The position numbers and the translations under genes were made by a program. From NCBI GenBank assembly GCA_963710605.1, contig CAVQBA010000006.1:128001-192000 (forward strand): a stretch of 64,000 nt of DNA, in the 5' to 3' direction. Shown one piece after another: positions 63,664 through 64,000 of this stretch (positions are counted from its first letter, which is position 1; each line of letters opens with the position of its first letter). The stretch is from an uncultured cyanobacterium (lineage in GTDB: Bacteria; Cyanobacteriota; Cyanobacteriia; Cyanobacteriales; Cyanobacteriaceae). Under the pieces are notes generated by a model, which was not told where the DNA came from, made no database searches, and worked only from the letters and a program-made list of their open reading frames with translations.

Positions 63664-64000
63664 TTAAGCTTCATGTTTTTTGAAAGCCAAAGTGACGTTA
63701 TGTCCGCCAAAACCAAAAGAATTAGATAAAGCAACATTAATCTCTACCTCACGACTTTGATTGGCTACGTAATCCAAATCACATTCAGGGTCAGGATTAG
63801 CAAGATTAATCGTTGGTGGTACTTGATCATTTGCTATCGCCATAATTGTTGCTACTGCTTCAATACCACCACTACCACCTAACAAATGACCTGTCATTGA
63901 TTTGGTTGAACTAATTGCAATAGCGTTAGCTCGCTCTTCTCCTAAAGCGGTTTTAATTGCCTTGGTTTCGGTTTTATCATTAGCAGGTGTACTAGTACCA
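63664..64000 (-). CDS. fabF: 3-oxoacyl-ACP synthase II, C-terminal part (gene continues beyond the window)
   Basis: [34 protein letters not shown]. Confidence 0.92.
   Translation of the reverse strand, partial: GTSTPANDKTETKAIKTALGEERANAIAISSTKSMTGHLLGGSGGIEAVATIMAIANDQVPPTINLANPDPECDLDYVANQSREVEINVALSNSFGFGGHNVTLAFKKHEA

Overview
AT-rich cyanobacterial chromosome window. Evidence for this: psbU, ldpA, cruP, the Yfr1 ncRNA, abundant CGATCG/HIP1 sites and STRR heptamers; a Cyanobacterium/Geminocystis-like host is inference. Most of it is housekeeping: menC, prlC, def, dxs, trxA, hisF, cbiD, holA, moeA, fabF, tRNA-Glu and tRNA-Lys. Three accessory regions stand out. (1) 1.2-7.9 kb: a ~5 kb insert bracketed by a ~570-bp duplication of the menC 3' half. 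It encodes one HTH + 4x Zn-ribbon + SF2 helicase + Rrp8-like methyltransferase polypeptide split by an in-frame TGA, and is followed by a Zorya-like remnant (intact zorB-like gene, stubs on either side). (2) 13-20 kb: four LRV/HEAT-repeat genes with a shared N-cap, three with a shared leader, followed by a MoxR AAA ATPase. (3) 53.7-57.8 kb, downstream of tRNA-Lys: fragments of a giant secreted protein gene. Its reading frame runs uninterrupted through a complete pentapeptide-repeat-family gene nested codon-aligned on the opposite strand; that nested gene uses no TTA, CTA or TCA codon. This is the best candidate for an undescribed system. Two frameshifts in essential dxs suggest assembly indels, so single-base disruptions need read-level checks. 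All family assignments come from motif recognition, not database searches.
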